Position numbers and translations under genes: made by a program | NCBI GenBank assembly: GCA_043825735.1 | Contig: JBDRRP010000014.1 | Coordinates: 1-36,923 of the forward strand | DNA: 36,923 nt | DNA from: Pseudomonadota bacterium | GTDB lineage: Bacteria > Desulfobacterota > Desulfobacteria > Desulfobacterales > JBDRRP01 | Direction: 5' to 3' | Shown: positions 24,970 through 36,436 of the stretch, piece after piece | How the letters are laid out: each line of letters opens with the position of its first letter | How positions within the stretch are numbered: the stretch's first letter is position 1 | Notes under the pieces: model-generated | Told to the model about the DNA's origin: nothing | Database searches by the model: none | What the model saw: the letters and a program-made list of their open reading frames with translations, nothing else

Positions 24970-25359
24970 TTACACCCTGCGCCGTTTAGGCGGTCGGCAC
25001 CCGTTATGCGGAACCGGGGTCACGTCCTTAATTGAGGTAACGGTAAAGCCGGCCCCCTGCAATGCGCGCAATGCAGACTCACGCCCGGCACCCGGTCCCT
25101 TTACGAATACTTCAACAGTCTTCATGCCGTGCTCAATGGCTTTTTTAGCAGCATCTTCTGCAGCCATCTGAGCCGCAAAAGGGGTGCTTTTTCTGGAGCC
25201 TTTAAACCCGTGCATACCTGAACTCGACCAGGATACCACGTTCCCGGTAACATCGGTCACCGTCACGATGGTATTATTGAAAGTGGACTGGATATGAACC
25301 ACACCAGTTGAGATATTCTTTTTCTCTTTTCTCTTGGTTCGGACCTTTTTCTTTGCCAT
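24970..25359 (-). CDS. rpsK: 30S ribosomal protein S11
   Basis: [38 protein letters not shown]. Confidence 0.98.
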   Translation of the reverse strand: MAKKKVRTKRKEKKNISTGVVHIQSTFNNTIVTVTDVTGNVVSWSSSGMHGFKGSRKSTPFAAQMAAEDAAKKAIEHGMKTVEVFVKGPGAGRESALRALQGAGFTVTSIKDVTPVPHNGCRPPKRRRV

Positions 25360-25384
25360 TTATACAATCCCTGAATGGTAGTGA

Positions 25385-25765
25385 TTATTTCCCGGGTTTG
25401 CTCTTTTTCTTGACTGCCGCCCGCTTCGGCCCTTTCCGTGTCCGCGCGTTGGTCTTTGTCCGCTGGCCATTGACCGGCAAGCCGCGTCGGTGCCTAAGCC
25501 CACGGTAGCAACCAAGGTCCATCAAGCGCTTGATGTTCATCGACACCTGGGTTCGAAGCTCGCCTTCCACTTTGCATAAGCTGTCAATGGCTTTCCGGAT
25601 ATCGTTAACTTCAGTTTCCGACAAATCATCGGTCTTCGTATTCGGATCGATTCCCAATTTATCAAGGATATTCTTGGAAGTCGTGCGGCCGATACCGTAA
25701 ATATAGGTCAGACCGATCTCAACCCGTTTTCTTCTCGGTAGGTCTACGCCTGCGATTCTGGCCAA
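25385..25765 (-). CDS. rpsM: 30S ribosomal protein S13
   Basis: [47 protein letters not shown] start. Confidence 0.98.
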   Translation of the reverse strand: MARIAGVDLPRRKRVEIGLTYIYGIGRTTSKNILDKLGIDPNTKTDDLSETEVNDIRKAIDSLCKVEGELRTQVSMNIKRLMDLGCYRGLRHRRGLPVNGQRTKTNARTRKGPKRAAVKKKSKPGK

Positions 25766-25776
25766 AACTGCCTCCT

Positions 25777-25890
25777 CTATCCTTGTCGTTGTTTATGACG
25801 TTTGTTTTCGCAGATCACTCGCAGAACGCCTTTCCTGCGGACAATTTTGCACTTGGTACAAATTTTCTTTACTGAAGCCCTGACTTTCAT
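25777..25890 (-). CDS. rpmJ: 50S ribosomal protein L36
   Basis: Not in ORF track. Own translation: [37 protein letters not shown]. Confidence 0.97.
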   Translation of the reverse strand: MKVRASVKKICTKCKIVRRKGVLRVICENKRHKQRQG

Positions 25891-25941
25891 TTGGGTCGCT
25901 CCTCGATACCGATACCAGGCGCTCTGGCACGGTTCATCCAA

Positions 25942-26160
25942 CTACTTGGATCGATAAGTGATTCTTCCTCGGCTCAAATCGTATGGAGACAGCTCCACCG
26001 TCACTTTGTCACCGGGGAGAATCTTGATAAAATGCATCCGCATTTTTCCTGAGATATGGGCTAGAACCTGGTGCTTGTTCTCAAGCTCCACTTTAAACAT
26101 CGCGTTCGGCAAGGTCTCCAGCACGACACCTTCGACCTTTATTGCCTCTTCCTTGGGCAT
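25942..26160 (-). CDS. infA: translation initiation factor IF-1
   Basis: [42 protein letters not shown]. Confidence 0.98.
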   Translation of the reverse strand: MPKEEAIKVEGVVLETLPNAMFKVELENKHQVLAHISGKMRMHFIKILPGDKVTVELSPYDLSRGRITYRSK

Positions 26161-26230
26161 AAATCATCTCCAGGAAAACAAGGTTGCACCGGATTGTCCA
26201 ATTCTCGACAATCTCGGGTCTCGTGTGAAA

Positions 26231-27547
26231 CTATCGTCGCCCTCTCACACGGGCGCCGCTTTTTTTCAAAAATCCTTCATAATGCCGGCTGAGCATGTGT
26301 GATTCAATCTGCGCAATTGTGTCGATGGCGACGCCAACCACAATGAGCAGTGCCGTACCGCCGAAATAAAACGGCACATTGAATTTGGTGATCAATATGG
26401 ACGGCAATACACAAACAGCTGAAACGTACACAGCGCCGCCCAACGTAATCCTTGTCAACACTTTGTCGATGTATTCCGCAGTCCGCTTTCCGGGTCGAAT
26501 ACCAGGAATATAGCCCCCTTGTTTCTTCATATTATCCGCAACGTCCGTTGGGTTGAATGTCACTGCGGTATAGAAGTAACAAAAGAACACGATCAATACG
26601 ATAAAAAGCATTTCGTAAACGAAGTTGCCCGGGCGAAGGGCGGCAACGATCTCTTGCATCCAGGGGATCGTTATAAATCCGCCGATGGTTGCTGGAAACA
26701 TCATAATCGAGGATGCAAAAATCGGGGGAATAACACCCGAGGTATTGATCTTCAACGGCAGGTGAGTACTCTGCCCACCATACATTTTGCGTCCGACGAC
26801 ACGCTTGGCATACTGGACCGGAATCCTGCGCTGCCCCTGTTCAGTGAAAATGATGAAGCCGATGACGCCCACCATGAATACCAACAGGATAAGTATCAGA
26901 AAAACCTGCATTTCACCTGTCGACAGGAGCCGAAACGTATTGGCAATAGCTGATGGCGCGCCCGTTACGATACCTGCAAAAATAATCAGGGAAATCCCGT
27001 TGCCAATGCCCCGTTCTGTAATCTGTTCGCCGAGCCACATGATGAACGCCGTACCGGCAGTGAGCGTCAACACCGTCATGATGCGAAAACTCCATCCGGG
27101 ATCGATCACGATGAGGGCTCCGCCAGGAGAGGTCATTTTTTCGAGCCCGACACTGATGGCGAATCCCTGGATGACGCTGAGGATAACTGTGCCGTAACGC
27201 GTATACTGAGTAATCTTTTTCCGCCCCGCCTCGCCTTCTTTGGACAGCCGCTCCAGGTGGGGAATTGTCACTGTGAGCAACTGCAGAATGATCGATGCAC
27301 TGATGTAGGGCATGATACCGAGAGCGAATACTGACAGGCGCTCCAGGGCGCCACCTGAAAACATATTGAAGAGGCCGAGCAGTCCTTCTTGCGCTTTGGC
27401 GAAAAAGGATGCCAATGCGACCGGGTCAATCCCCGGTGTCGGCACCTGCACGCCGACCCGGTAGACAATCAAAAGCGAAAGCGTCACAATAATGCGTCGC
27501 TTGAGCTCGGGAATTTTAAAAATGTTCTGGAACCCGCCACCGAGCAT
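26231..27547 (-). CDS. secY: preprotein translocase subunit SecY
   Basis: [65 protein letters not shown]. Confidence 0.98.
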   Translation of the reverse strand: MLGGGFQNIFKIPELKRRIIVTLSLLIVYRVGVQVPTPGIDPVALASFFAKAQEGLLGLFNMFSGGALERLSVFALGIMPYISASIILQLLTVTIPHLERLSKEGEAGRKKITQYTRYGTVILSVIQGFAISVGLEKMTSPGGALIVIDPGWSFRIMTVLTLTAGTAFIMWLGEQITERGIGNGISLIIFAGIVTGAPSAIANTFRLLSTGEMQVFLILILLVFMVGVIGFIIFTEQGQRRIPVQYAKRVVGRKMYGGQSTHLPLKINTSGVIPPIFASSIMMFPATIGGFITIPWMQEIVAALRPGNFVYEMLFIVLIVFFCYFYTAVTFNPTDVADNMKKQGGYIPGIRPGKRTAEYIDKVLTRITLGGAVYVSAVCVLPSILITKFNVPFYFGGTALLIVVGVAIDTIAQIESHMLSRHYEGFLKKSGARVRGRR

Positions 27548-27549
27548 AA

Positions 27550-27990
27550 TTATATGACCTCTATTGTACCGCCAGCAGCCTCAATCTTTTCCTTGGCGGA
27601 TTTGCTGACAGCATTGAGGCGAATCGTAAGCGGATGGCTGATGTCACCCTCACCCAACAATTTAATCCCATCCCGAGGGCCCTTAACGATACCGGCACGC
27701 ACCAGTCCAGCTTCGTCAACGACCGCACCGCTTTCGAACCGCTCGAGATCTCGGATATTGATCGCAATGATCTGCTTACCGAAGATATTGGTGAACCCGC
27801 GCTTGGGCAGCCGCCGGTGGATAGGCATCTGGCCGCCTTCGTAACCTGGACGCACACCGCCGCCGGAACGGGCGTTTTGCCCTTTGTGGCCGCGTCCGGA
27901 TGTTTTTCCATGTCCGGATCCGGGGCCTCGTCCAACCCGTTTCTTTGATTTCCGGGCGCCTTCTGACGGCGCCAACTCGTTAAGTCTCAT
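27550..27990 (-). CDS. rplO: 50S ribosomal protein L15
   Basis: [35 protein letters not shown]. Confidence 0.98.
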   Translation of the reverse strand: MRLNELAPSEGARKSKKRVGRGPGSGHGKTSGRGHKGQNARSGGGVRPGYEGGQMPIHRRLPKRGFTNIFGKQIIAINIRDLERFESGAVVDEAGLVRAGIVKGPRDGIKLLGEGDISHPLTIRLNAVSKSAKEKIEAAGGTIEVI

Positions 27991-28175
27991 CAGTCCATCT
28001 CCTCAGCCGAAACAAGGTGAGACACTTTCTGGATCATACCTTTGACAGCCGGCGAGTTTTCCAGTTCAACCGTCTTATTTAGTTTAGTGAGGCCCATGCC
28101 GCGAAGCACCTTCCGATGCTTTTCCGGCCTGCCAATCTGACTTTTCACCAGCGTAATTTTGAGTTTTCCAGCCAT
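27990..28175 (-). CDS. rpmD: 50S ribosomal protein L30
   Basis: LKITLVKS.IGR, GM..KVSHLV; spc operon position. Confidence 0.97.
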   Translation of the reverse strand: MAGKLKITLVKSQIGRPEKHRKVLRGMGLTKLNKTVELENSPAVKGMIQKVSHLVSAEEMD

Positions 28176-28189
28176 TGATATATTCCCTG

Positions 28190-28684
28190 CTATAGATCCT
28201 GAACCCGTTTACCGCGCCTGGCAGCTACCCGCTCTTTGCTTTGAAGTTGAGAGAGACCGGCAATGGTCGCTTTGACAACATTGTGGGGATTGTGGGATCC
28301 CATACATTTGGTCAAGATGTTCTGCACTCCCGCAGCCTCGAGCACAGCGCGGACCGCACCGCCAGCAATGAGTCCCGTCCCCTGTGCCGCCGGCTTCAAC
28401 AAAACGCGGCCGGCACCAAACTTCCCAACGATTTCATATGGGATTGTCCCGTTTTCAAGCGCAACCGCAACCATGCTCTTCTTGGCTTTTTCGACTCCCT
28501 TGCGGATGGCCTCAGGAACCTCACCGGCTTTTCCAAGACCATATCCGATGTTGCCGGCGCCATCACCGACCACCACGATAGCGCTAAAGCTGAATCGGCG
28601 CCCGCCCTTTACGACTTTGGCGACACGGTTAATGTGGACCACCTTGTCGATTAACTGTGATTCGCCTGCTTCTTTATTAAACAA
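28190..28684 (-). CDS. rpsE: 30S ribosomal protein S5
   Basis: [34 protein letters not shown] start. Confidence 0.98.
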   Translation of the reverse strand: MFNKEAGESQLIDKVVHINRVAKVVKGGRRFSFSAIVVVGDGAGNIGYGLGKAGEVPEAIRKGVEKAKKSMVAVALENGTIPYEIVGKFGAGRVLLKPAAQGTGLIAGGAVRAVLEAAGVQNILTKCMGSHNPHNVVKATIAGLSQLQSKERVAARRGKRVQDL

Positions 28685-28714
28685 GGGATTGCCTCCTTCG
28701 TGTGATAAATCCCG

Positions 28715-29083
28715 CTAAAAATCCAACCCGGCTTCGCGGGCGCCTTCGGAAACAGCCTTGATGCGCCCATGATAGAGGAACCCGTTCCGATCGAAGACCA
28801 CTTTATTGATGCCTTTTTCCTTTGCGCGCTCACCGATCAGCTTGCCGATAAAGACCGCCTGAGCGGTTTTACTTTCAAATTTTTCCAACGCCCGGAATGA
28901 TTTCTCCACACTCGAGGCGCAGGCTATTGTAATGCCTTTTTTGTCATCGATAAGCTGCGCATAAATATGTCTGGCGCTTCGAAAGACACTTAACCGCGGA
29001 CGATCTGTCGAACCGGTAACCGTTTTCCGGATGCGCCGCTGCCGCTTTAACCTGGCCAGTCTTTTTGAATATGATGAACCCAT
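28715..29083 (-). CDS. rplR: 50S ribosomal protein L18
   Basis: RPRLSVFRS..HIYAQLIDD, VVFDRNGFLYHGR, AREAGLDF. Confidence 0.98.
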   Translation of the reverse strand: MGSSYSKRLARLKRQRRIRKTVTGSTDRPRLSVFRSARHIYAQLIDDKKGITIACASSVEKSFRALEKFESKTAQAVFIGKLIGERAKEKGINKVVFDRNGFLYHGRIKAVSEGAREAGLDF

Positions 29084-29120
29084 TTTTTCCTCGCTCGCTA
29101 TCTACTCTTTATGGATCTGG

Positions 29121-29660
29121 CTACTTCGTACCCGTCTTCCCTGCCTTGCGCTGAATGTGCTCTTCAGCGTATTTGACCCCTTTTCCCTTGTAAGGCTCAG
29201 GGGGGCGGATCTTTCTAATGGAAGCCGCCGTCTGTCCTAGCAGTTCTTTATCGATGCCGGAAAGTTTGATCTGATTGTTTTTTTCAACAATGGCTGAAAT
29301 GCCAGCCGGCAGTGGAAAATTAACAGGATGGCTGAACCCAAGGTTCAATACCAGGGAATTGCCCTCAACGGCGGCTCGGTATCCGATGCCGTTGATTTCC
29401 AATACCCGCTCAAACCCCTTATCGACACCTTCAACCATATTGGCCACAAGGCTTCGTGTGAGCCCTTTAAGAGCCTGGCTCTTTTTATCTTCGTCCTGCA
29501 CCTTCACCGTGATCACATTGTCTGCGATCACAAGCTTCGTGGCAGGATGAATATTCCGGTTGAGTGTCCCCTTGGGGCCCTTCACGGTGACCATCATATC
29601 CGTGATCGCTACCGTTGTCTTCGCGGGAATCTGGATCGGTTTTTTACCAACACGTGACAT
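29121..29660 (-). CDS. rplF: 50S ribosomal protein L6
   Basis: MSRVGKKPI, VKGPKG, RPPEPYKGKG. Confidence 0.98.
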   Translation of the reverse strand: MSRVGKKPIQIPAKTTVAITDMMVTVKGPKGTLNRNIHPATKLVIADNVITVKVQDEDKKSQALKGLTRSLVANMVEGVDKGFERVLEINGIGYRAAVEGNSLVLNLGFSHPVNFPLPAGISAIVEKNNQIKLSGIDKELLGQTAASIRKIRPPEPYKGKGVKYAEEHIQRKAGKTGTK

Positions 29661-29674
29661 GCGTTACCCCTTTG

Positions 29675-30073
29675 CTACCAAACATTGCAGAGCAGTTCGC
29701 CACCGATGTGTTTTTCTCTGGCCTGCTTGTCCGTCATGATACCTTCTGAAGTTGACAGAATGGCAATTCCCATACCGTTAAGAACCGGTTTGATGTCATC
29801 GGCACCGACATAAACACGGCGACTGGGTTTGCTCACACGATCAATGCCGAGAATGACGTTGCCCTGGTTATTCTCGTATTTAAGGTACAATTTGAGAATC
29901 CCCTGCTTGCCATCCTCCACAAACTTGTAATTCCTGACAAATCCAGACTCTTTGAGTACCCGGGCAATTTCGATTTTAACTTTTGATCCGGGTATCTCGA
30001 CGCTGTTGAATTTCGCTTTGGCGGCGTTCCGAATTCGCGTTAACATATCCGCAATTGGATCAGTAAGTGCCAT
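29675..30073 (-). CDS. rpsH: 30S ribosomal protein S8
   Basis: DPIADMLTRIRNA, SKPSRRVY, GGELLC.VW. Confidence 0.98.
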   Translation of the reverse strand: MALTDPIADMLTRIRNAAKAKFNSVEIPGSKVKIEIARVLKESGFVRNYKFVEDGKQGILKLYLKYENNQGNVILGIDRVSKPSRRVYVGADDIKPVLNGMGIAILSTSEGIMTDKQAREKHIGGELLCNVW

Positions 30074-30179
30074 GTTGCTCTCCGTGTTCTATTGGGATGG
30101 GTCAAACGGTCAGGCCAACCGGTCATCACCGCTGGCTACCGCGCCCGTCGACTTCTGCGTCAGCAGTTGCTGCGCCACT

Positions 30180-30365
30180 TTACCAACTTGATTTGATGAC
30201 ACCGGGCAGTTTGCCTTCCGAGGCCATCATACGAAAACAAATCCGGCAGAGGCCAAACTTGCGGAGAAACGCATGGGATCTTCCACAAATCGGGCACCTG
30301 TTATAAGCGCGGACATCGAATTTCGGTTTCCTAAACGCTTTAGCCATCAGCGATTTTTTAGCCAA
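30180..30365 (-). CDS. rpsZ: 30S ribosomal protein S14, type Z (zinc-binding)
   Basis: 61 aa, RCPICGR...FGLCRICFR...PGV.KSSW. TTG start. Confidence 0.97.
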   Translation of the reverse strand: MAKKSLMAKAFRKPKFDVRAYNRCPICGRSHAFLRKFGLCRICFRMMASEGKLPGVIKSSW

Positions 30366-30400
30366 AACAACCTCCTTGAATCTGAACCCTCAAACGGCGG

Positions 30401-30940
30401 TTAATTCCGGAACGGCATGCCGAGCAGTCTCAGCAGTTCGCGCCCCTCTGTATCGGTCTTCGCCGTGGTGACAATGGAGATGTTCATCCCCTTGATCTTA
30501 TCGATTTTATCGTAGTCGATTTCAGGGAAGATGATCTGTTCCTTCACACCGAGGCTGTAGTTACCACGGCCATCCATACCCCGGGGTGTGACCCCCTTAA
30601 AGTCGCGGACTCGTGGCAGCGCGACATTCACCAGTTTGTTCAGAAAATCGTACATCCGCCCGCGCCGCAAGGTGACCATGCACCCAATGGGCATGCCGGT
30701 CCTGAGTTTGAAGGTGGCGATCGATTTCCGTGCCTTTGTGATCACCGGTTTCTGACCGGCAATCATTTTCAATTCTTCCGCGGCAGATTCAAGCAATTTG
30801 ATATTTTGAATCGCCTCTCCCATACCGATGTTCAGGACGACCTTATCAAGCTTGGGCACCTGCATCATGTTGGTGTACTTAAATTTTTCCACCAACTTAG
30901 GGACAATTTCATTTTCATATGTTTCTTTTAAGCTTGGCAT
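30401..30940 (-). CDS. rplE: 50S ribosomal protein L5
   Basis: [36 protein letters not shown]. Confidence 0.98.
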   Translation of the reverse strand: MPSLKETYENEIVPKLVEKFKYTNMMQVPKLDKVVLNIGMGEAIQNIKLLESAAEELKMIAGQKPVITKARKSIATFKLRTGMPIGCMVTLRRGRMYDFLNKLVNVALPRVRDFKGVTPRGMDGRGNYSLGVKEQIIFPEIDYDKIDKIKGMNISIVTTAKTDTEGRELLRLLGMPFRN

Positions 30941-30963
30941 GCCAAACCTCCCGAACGAGGCAA

Positions 30964-31293
30964 TTATGCATCAAGAATTTCATTACAGCGCTTACACACC
31001 CGGACTTTCTTTCCATCTTCCAGAACCTTGGCCCCGACACGGACCGGCTCCATGCATTTGCTGCACATCAACATGACGTTTGAGATGTGCACAAATGCTT
31101 CTCTCTCAATGATTCCGCCCTGCCGGTTCTGTGCACTGGGCCTTGAATGCCTTTTGATGATATTAATATTCTCAACAAGAACCCGGCCATGATCTCGATC
31201 GATCTTTAGCACCTTACCGATCTTGCCCTTGTCTTTTCCAGTGACGATTTTGACTTTATCGTCCTTTTTGAGTCTTATCTTGTTCAGTATCAT
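30964..31293 (-). CDS. rplX: 50S ribosomal protein L24
   Basis: [34 protein letters not shown] 31293 with GGAG SD preferred over TTG 31314. Confidence 0.96.
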   Translation of the reverse strand: MILNKIRLKKDDKVKIVTGKDKGKIGKVLKIDRDHGRVLVENINIIKRHSRPSAQNRQGGIIEREAFVHISNVMLMCSKCMEPVRVGAKVLEDGKKVRVCKRCNEILDA

Positions 31294-31319
31294 GGTTTGT
31301 CTCTCCAAAGACAACTGGC

Positions 31320-31688
31320 CTAAAGTACTTCCGGAGCCAGCGAGATTATCTTCATGAAACCCTTCGCTCGCAACTCCCTTGCGACAGGCCCGAAAATTCG
31401 GGTTCCGATCGGCTCGCGGTTGCCACCAATCAGGACTGCGGAGTTGTCATCGAACCGGATGTAGGATCCATCCGGACGTTTCAATTCCTTTTTTGTCCTT
31501 ACGATGACGGCCTTGTGAACATCACCCTTCTTGACCTTTGCATTGGGGATCGCCTCTTTGACGGATACGACAATGATGTCACCAACGCCGGCATACCGTC
31601 TCTTGGATCCGCCCAACACCTTAATGCAATACAAGATCTTTGCACCGGAGTTGTCTGCAACCGTCAATCGTGTTTCTGACTGAATCAT
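31320..31688 (-). CDS. rplN: 50S ribosomal protein L14
   Basis: VADNSGAK...[34 protein letters not shown]. Confidence 0.98.
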   Translation of the reverse strand: MIQSETRLTVADNSGAKILYCIKVLGGSKRRYAGVGDIIVVSVKEAIPNAKVKKGDVHKAVIVRTKKELKRPDGSYIRFDDNSAVLIGGNREPIGTRIFGPVARELRAKGFMKIISLAPEVL

Positions 31689-31707
31689 CGGTCTTTCCTT
31701 TTATAAA

Positions 31708-31974
31708 TCAAACAGCTTTTTCAACGATCTTAGCGACACGCCATTTTTTTGTCTTGCTCAGAGGCCGAGATTCGGAAATCACCACCTTATCGCCCACCTT
31801 GCAGACATTCTGCGCGTCATGTGCCGAGAATTTGGCTCTTCTACGGATATATTTGTGATAGAGCCGGTGCTTGACCAAGCGCTCAACCAGAACGGTTACA
31901 GTCTTGTCCATCTTATCGCTGACGACCGTTCCAACCAGTTGTCTTTTATTTCCGCTTTCGCTCATGGCATTCAT
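31708..31974 (-). CDS. rpsQ: 30S ribosomal protein S17
   Basis: G.VVSDKMDKTV.V, H.LY.K, AHD, E.RPLSKTK.W. Start 31974 or 31965. Confidence 0.97.
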   Translation of the reverse strand: MNAMSESGNKRQLVGTVVSDKMDKTVTVLVERLVKHRLYHKYIRRRAKFSAHDAQNVCKVGDKVVISESRPLSKTKKWRVAKIVEKAV

Positions 31975-32183
31975 TATTCTTTTTCAGCTGACTGTTTCAG
32001 GGAGAATTCTTTGATAACGGTATTCACCCTAGCGATGTCGCGTTTAACCAGCTTTATCCGGGCCGTGTTTTCCAATTGCCCGGCGCCGTGCTGGAATCTG
32101 AAGTTAAACAGCTCCTCAGTGAGATCCTGTACTTTTCGCGCCCTCTCCTCTGCACTGAGTTCGCGAATCTCGCTTGTTTTCAT
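31974..32183 (-). CDS. rpmC: 50S ribosomal protein L29
   Basis: ELFNFRFQ...GQLEN...KRDIARV.T. Confidence 0.97.
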   Translation of the reverse strand: MKTSEIRELSAEERARKVQDLTEELFNFRFQHGAGQLENTARIKLVKRDIARVNTVIKEFSLKQSAEKE

Positions 32184-32596
32184 TACAGCGCGCTCCTCTC
32201 CACGAAACGAGTTTTGACCGGCAACTTATGCGAGGCCAGTCGCAGCGCTTCCATAGCCAGCTCGCGCGGGATACCTTCCATCTCATAAAGAATCCGGCCA
32301 GGCTTGATAACGGCTACCCAACCTTCTGGGGCCCCCTTGCCTTTACCCATGCGCACTTCAGCTGGCTTTTTGGTAAACGGTTTATCCGGAAAGATGCGTA
32401 TCCACATTTTTCCGCCTCTTTTGACGTGGCGGGTCATGGCGATACGCGCCGCCTCTATCTGCTTTGAGCTGAGCGTACCGCATTCCACGGCCTGCAGCCC
32501 GTAATCTCCGAAATTGAGGTTGCAGCCACGGTGCGCAACACCCCTCATTTTGCCTTTTTGCTGCTTTCGGAATTTGACTTTCTTGGGACTTAACAT
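32183..32596 (-). CDS. rplP: 50S ribosomal protein L16
   Basis: [32 protein letters not shown]. Confidence 0.98.
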   Translation of the reverse strand: MLSPKKVKFRKQQKGKMRGVAHRGCNLNFGDYGLQAVECGTLSSKQIEAARIAMTRHVKRGGKMWIRIFPDKPFTKKPAEVRMGKGKGAPEGWVAVIKPGRILYEMEGIPRELAMEALRLASHKLPVKTRFVERSAL

Positions 32597-32617
32597 CCTT
32601 TATCTCCTAATCAATGC

Positions 32618-33277
32618 CTATCTGGCCGCTTCTGCAGTAGCAATCGGGTCTTTCCCAAGTATTTCGCCTTTGAAAATGAATACCTTCACACCGACGATAC
32701 CGTAAGTCGTTTTGGCCTCGGCGAATCCGTAATCGATGTCAGCCCTGAGCGTATGAAGGGGTACGCGACCTTCTCGGTATTGTTCGGTTCGTGCCATCTC
32801 AGCACCACCCAAGCGCCCAGCACAGATGACCTTGACCCCCTCAGCCCCAAAACGCATGGCTGACTGCATTCCGCGCTTCATGGCGCGCCGAAAGGCAACG
32901 CGCCGTTCCACCTGCATGGCAATGTTCTCGGCAACGAGCTGTGCATCAATCTCAGGTTTTCGAACTTCCTGGATGTCGATAAGCACTTCGTTCGCCACCA
33001 GTTTTTCCAATTCTTTCTTTAACAGGGCGATTTCTGAGCCTTTTTTACCGATCACGATCCCCGGGCGGGAGGTGTATATCCGGAGCCGGACACGTTTGGA
33101 AGAGCGCTCGATTTCTATCCTGGAAATGCCGGCATGGAAAAGCTTTTTCTTCAGGTATTTCCGGATCTTATGGTCCTCCAGAATATAGCCGGCATACAGC
33201 TTGTCAGCATACCACCGTGATTCCCACGTCTTGACGATTCCTAATCGCAGTCCAATCGGATTGACTTTCTGGCCCAA
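32618..33277 (-). CDS. rpsC: 30S ribosomal protein S3
   Basis: [50 protein letters not shown] start. Confidence 0.98.
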   Translation of the reverse strand: MGQKVNPIGLRLGIVKTWESRWYADKLYAGYILEDHKIRKYLKKKLFHAGISRIEIERSSKRVRLRIYTSRPGIVIGKKGSEIALLKKELEKLVANEVLIDIQEVRKPEIDAQLVAENIAMQVERRVAFRRAMKRGMQSAMRFGAEGVKVICAGRLGGAEMARTEQYREGRVPLHTLRADIDYGFAEAKTTYGIVGVKVFIFKGEILGKDPIATAEAAR

Positions 33278-33292
33278 ACCTGTACCCCCTCT

Positions 33293-33649
33293 TTACGATA
33301 CCGTTTTTTCTTGAAGTGTAACGGTAATGTGAGATGACCTTTTAAGAATTCTGGTTCCCCGGCCGCGTGCACGTGCCATGAACCGCTTCAACACAGGCCC
33401 CTGGTCTGCAGTGATGTTTTGAATCATCAGGCTATCGACATCGATGCCGTGATTGTTGTCCGCATTGGCGACAGCCGATCGGATCACCTTACTAAGTAGC
33501 GCAGCCGATTTTTGAGGCATGAATTTGAGTGCATCCAATCCCGCCTGTACCGGCTTGCCCTTGATCGCGCCGCTGATTTTCCGCACCTTCAGTGGGGAAA
33601 CACGGACATATCTGAGGACGGCTTTGACTTCTTGAGTAGACATTCCCAT
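33293..33649 (-). CDS. rplV: 50S ribosomal protein L22
   Basis: RVSP.KVR, SAVANA, GP.LKR...RARGR...KRSSHITV. Confidence 0.98.
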   Translation of the reverse strand: MGMSTQEVKAVLRYVRVSPLKVRKISGAIKGKPVQAGLDALKFMPQKSAALLSKVIRSAVANADNNHGIDVDSLMIQNITADQGPVLKRFMARARGRGTRILKRSSHITVTLQEKTVS

Positions 33650-33656
33650 CTCCGAT

Positions 33657-33938
33657 TTACTTCTTCAATTTGGATTTCTTGTCTCCAGAGTGGCCGTAAT
33701 ATGTTCGGGTTGGAGAGAATTCCCCGAGCTTGTGTCCGACCATGTCCTCAGTGACAAACACCGGGACGAATTTTTTCCCGTTGTGAACGGCCAGGGTGAC
33801 CCCGACCATCTCAGGTAAAATCGTGGAACGCCGCGACCACGTTTTGACCACACGATTGCTGCGTGATGCCTGAGCGACCGAAACCTTGCTTACCAGTTTG
33901 TGTTCAACGTAGGGACCTTTTTTAAGCGACCTGGGCAT
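33657..33938 (-). CDS. rpsS: 30S ribosomal protein S19
   Basis: [35 protein letters not shown]. Confidence 0.98.
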   Translation of the reverse strand: MPRSLKKGPYVEHKLVSKVSVAQASRSNRVVKTWSRRSTILPEMVGVTLAVHNGKKFVPVFVTEDMVGHKLGEFSPTRTYYGHSGDKKSKLKK

Positions 33939-33953
33939 ATTGACTCCTAAGCA

Positions 33954-34781
33954 TTACTTGCTATTGCGCTTTTTCACGATCAGTCGATTGCTCTTGTTTC
34001 GGTTACGGGTCTTGTAGCCCTTTGACGGGGTACCCCACGGCGAACAAGGATGCCGACCGCCCGATGAGCGTCCCTCACCGCCACCCATGGGGTGATCGAC
34101 CGGGTTCATGGCCACGCCCCTCACCTTGGGGCGGCGTCCTGTCCATCGCGTACGTCCGGCCTTCCCGAAAGAAAGGTTTTCATGCACCACGTTACTGAGC
34201 TGGCCGATGGTGGCTTTACACTTCATCAGCACCATGCGAACTTCACCGGAAGGAAGCTTGATCAGTGCATACGGTGCTTCCTTTGCCATCAGTTGGGCAT
34301 AGGTACCGGCGCTTCGCACGATCTGCCCGCCCTTTCCGATACGCAGCTCAATGTTGTGGATCTGCGTGCCGAGTGGGATGTTTTCCAGCGGCAGGGCATT
34401 TCCGGGCTTTATGTCAGCTTCCGCGCCAGCCATCACCACATCGCCGACTTGAAGAAGCAATGGTGCCAGGATGTATCGTTTTTCGCCATCAACATAATTG
34501 AGCAGAGCGATACGTGCGCTACGATTCGGGTCGTATTCGATAGTGGCCACTTTTGCAGGGATCCCGATTTTATCCCGCTTAAAGTCAATGATCCGGTAGT
34601 GCCGCTTGTGTCCGCCACCACGATGACGCGCTGTAACGCGCCCGTTGGCGTTTCGTCCACCTGATTTACTAAGCGGTTTCAGAAGCGAACGTTCTGGTGT
34701 CGTCCGAGTGATGTCCTCGAAGGTCGCATATGTCTGAAACCTGCGTCCTGGTGAGGTTGGTTTTACCTTCTTAACAGCCAT
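33954..34781 (-). CDS. rplB: 50S ribosomal protein L2
   Basis: [44 protein letters not shown]. Confidence 0.98.
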   Translation of the reverse strand: MAVKKVKPTSPGRRFQTYATFEDITRTTPERSLLKPLSKSGGRNANGRVTARHRGGGHKRHYRIIDFKRDKIGIPAKVATIEYDPNRSARIALLNYVDGEKRYILAPLLLQVGDVVMAGAEADIKPGNALPLENIPLGTQIHNIELRIGKGGQIVRSAGTYAQLMAKEAPYALIKLPSGEVRMVLMKCKATIGQLSNVVHENLSFGKAGRTRWTGRRPKVRGVAMNPVDHPMGGGEGRSSGGRHPCSPWGTPSKGYKTRNRNKSNRLIVKKRNSK

Positions 34782-34795
34782 GCTTCACCCCTTTT

Positions 34796-35083
34796 TTACA
34801 CTCCCTCAAAGAAATCGATTCGCTGGCCGGGCATCAACGTGACGATGGCCTTTTTCCAATCCCGGCGCTTCCCGATCGTCCGACCGCGCCGCTTTACTTT
34901 GCCCTTGACCTGTTGAGTGCGAACCTGGGAGACGTCGACGTTGAAAATCTGCGCTACCGCCTTTTGAACTTCAATCCGATTAGCCTGACGATCCACCTCA
35001 AAAGTCACCTGGTTGGCAGACTCTTTCTGGATCGTCGTCTTTTCAGTAATGAGGGGGCGTTTAATGACGTGGTAAGGATTCAT
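34796..35083 (-). CDS. rplW: 50S ribosomal protein L23
   Basis: P.ITEK, FEV...AN..EV.KAV..IF.V, KKAIVTL. Confidence 0.98.
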   Translation of the reverse strand: MNPYHVIKRPLITEKTTIQKESANQVTFEVDRQANRIEVQKAVAQIFNVDVSQVRTQQVKGKVKRRGRTIGKRRDWKKAIVTLMPGQRIDFFEGV

Positions 35084-35703
35084 GACAACAGCCTCCCTTC
35101 AATTTTCTTAATTGAAGACTCGATCAAAACGAGCTTTTTAAATTTCAAAATATCGTAAACGTTCAACCCTTCGGTGGGCATCACCTTCACCTTTGGGACA
35201 TTCCGAGAAGACAGCGTCAGCTGGGAATCACTGTCGTCGGTAATGATCAAAACGTTGTTGACGCCGAGCGTATTGAGAACAGACACAAACGCCTTCGTTT
35301 TGACCTCATCGAGCGAAAATGAATCCAGCACCATCAAATCTTCTGACTGAAGCTTTGCGCTGAGCGCCATTTTCAACGCCAACCGGCGTACTTTCTTGGG
35401 CACCTTGTAGGCATACGAGCGTGGATCGGGTCCAAACACCGAGCCGCCGCCGCGCAGCAACGGAGATTTAATGTCACCCCGGCGCGCCTTCCCAGTCCCT
35501 TTTTGTTTAAACAGCTTGCGCCGGCTACCAGAGACATCAGACCGGTGCCGAACAGCAGCTGTCCCCGCTCTGCGGTTGGCCAACTGCATCGTCACAACTT
35601 CGTGCAAGACGCTCGGCTTCACGGGAACATTGAAGATTGCTTCATTCAATTCCGCCTCTGAAACCTTTTCCGCCTTTGTATTTAAAACGTTTACAACCGC
35701 CAT
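35080..35703 (-). CDS. rplD: 50S ribosomal protein L4
   Basis: R.GT....[29 protein letters not shown]. Confidence 0.98.
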   Translation of the reverse strand: MAVVNVLNTKAEKVSEAELNEAIFNVPVKPSVLHEVVTMQLANRRAGTAAVRHRSDVSGSRRKLFKQKGTGKARRGDIKSPLLRGGGSVFGPDPRSYAYKVPKKVRRLALKMALSAKLQSEDLMVLDSFSLDEVKTKAFVSVLNTLGVNNVLIITDDSDSQLTLSSRNVPKVKVMPTEGLNVYDILKFKKLVLIESSIKKIEGRLLS

Positions 35704-35785
35704 AGCTTCCCTCGCAACCGGCCCCTTCCAGGGCTTAACGATTCACGGCAATCCCCACCGCAGGGCATCGTTGATATCAGTATTG

Positions 35786-36418
35786 TTAAATCGCGTGCTT
35801 CGGTCTTTGGATTGCCACCAATCCCGATGTGGCGCCCGGTATGGCACCCTTCACCAAAAGCAGGTTCTCATCCGGCCGAATATCGACAATCACCAGATTC
35901 TTGATGGTGATTGTCGTATTTCCGTACTGGCCGGGCATCTTTTTCCCTTTGATGACCCTGGACGGCGTCGCGCTGCATCCAATGGACCCGGGGGCCCGGT
36001 ATGAATGACTACCGTGCGTTTTGCGGCCGCGATGCTTTCCATAGCGACGAACCACACCCTGAAATCCGCGGCCTTTCATGGTCCCGGAAATATTGACTTT
36101 CTCCCCAACGGCGAACATGTCCACCGTGAGCGTCTGGCCGGGAGCGTAAGCCTCGGGGTCGTTGATTTTGAATTCACGCAACGTCTCAAATGACGTACTG
36201 CCGCTTTTTTGCAAATGCCCGGCCGTCGGCTTGTTGACCCGGGAGCGTTTTCTCTCGCCGAAGCCTAACTGGAGGGCATTATACCCATCGGTATCCTGTG
36301 TCTTCACCTGTGTGACCACGCAAGGACCGACCTCTATAACCGTCACAGGGATGTAGCGGCCTTCTGAAGAAAACACGCCGGTCATACCCAGTTTTTTCCC
36401 AATCATTCCGTTGCTCAT
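35786..36418 (-). CDS. rplC: 50S ribosomal protein L3
   Basis: GKKLGMT, PVTVI, DGY.A.QLG, KGRGFQG, THGS..R.PGSIG, LVKGAIPG. Confidence 0.98.
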   Translation of the reverse strand: MSNGMIGKKLGMTGVFSSEGRYIPVTVIEVGPCVVTQVKTQDTDGYNALQLGFGERKRSRVNKPTAGHLQKSGSTSFETLREFKINDPEAYAPGQTLTVDMFAVGEKVNISGTMKGRGFQGVVRRYGKHRGRKTHGSHSYRAPGSIGCSATPSRVIKGKKMPGQYGNTTITIKNLVIVDIRPDENLLLVKGAIPGATSGLVAIQRPKHAI

Positions 36419-36436
36419 GGCTACCGTATTCCCGCG

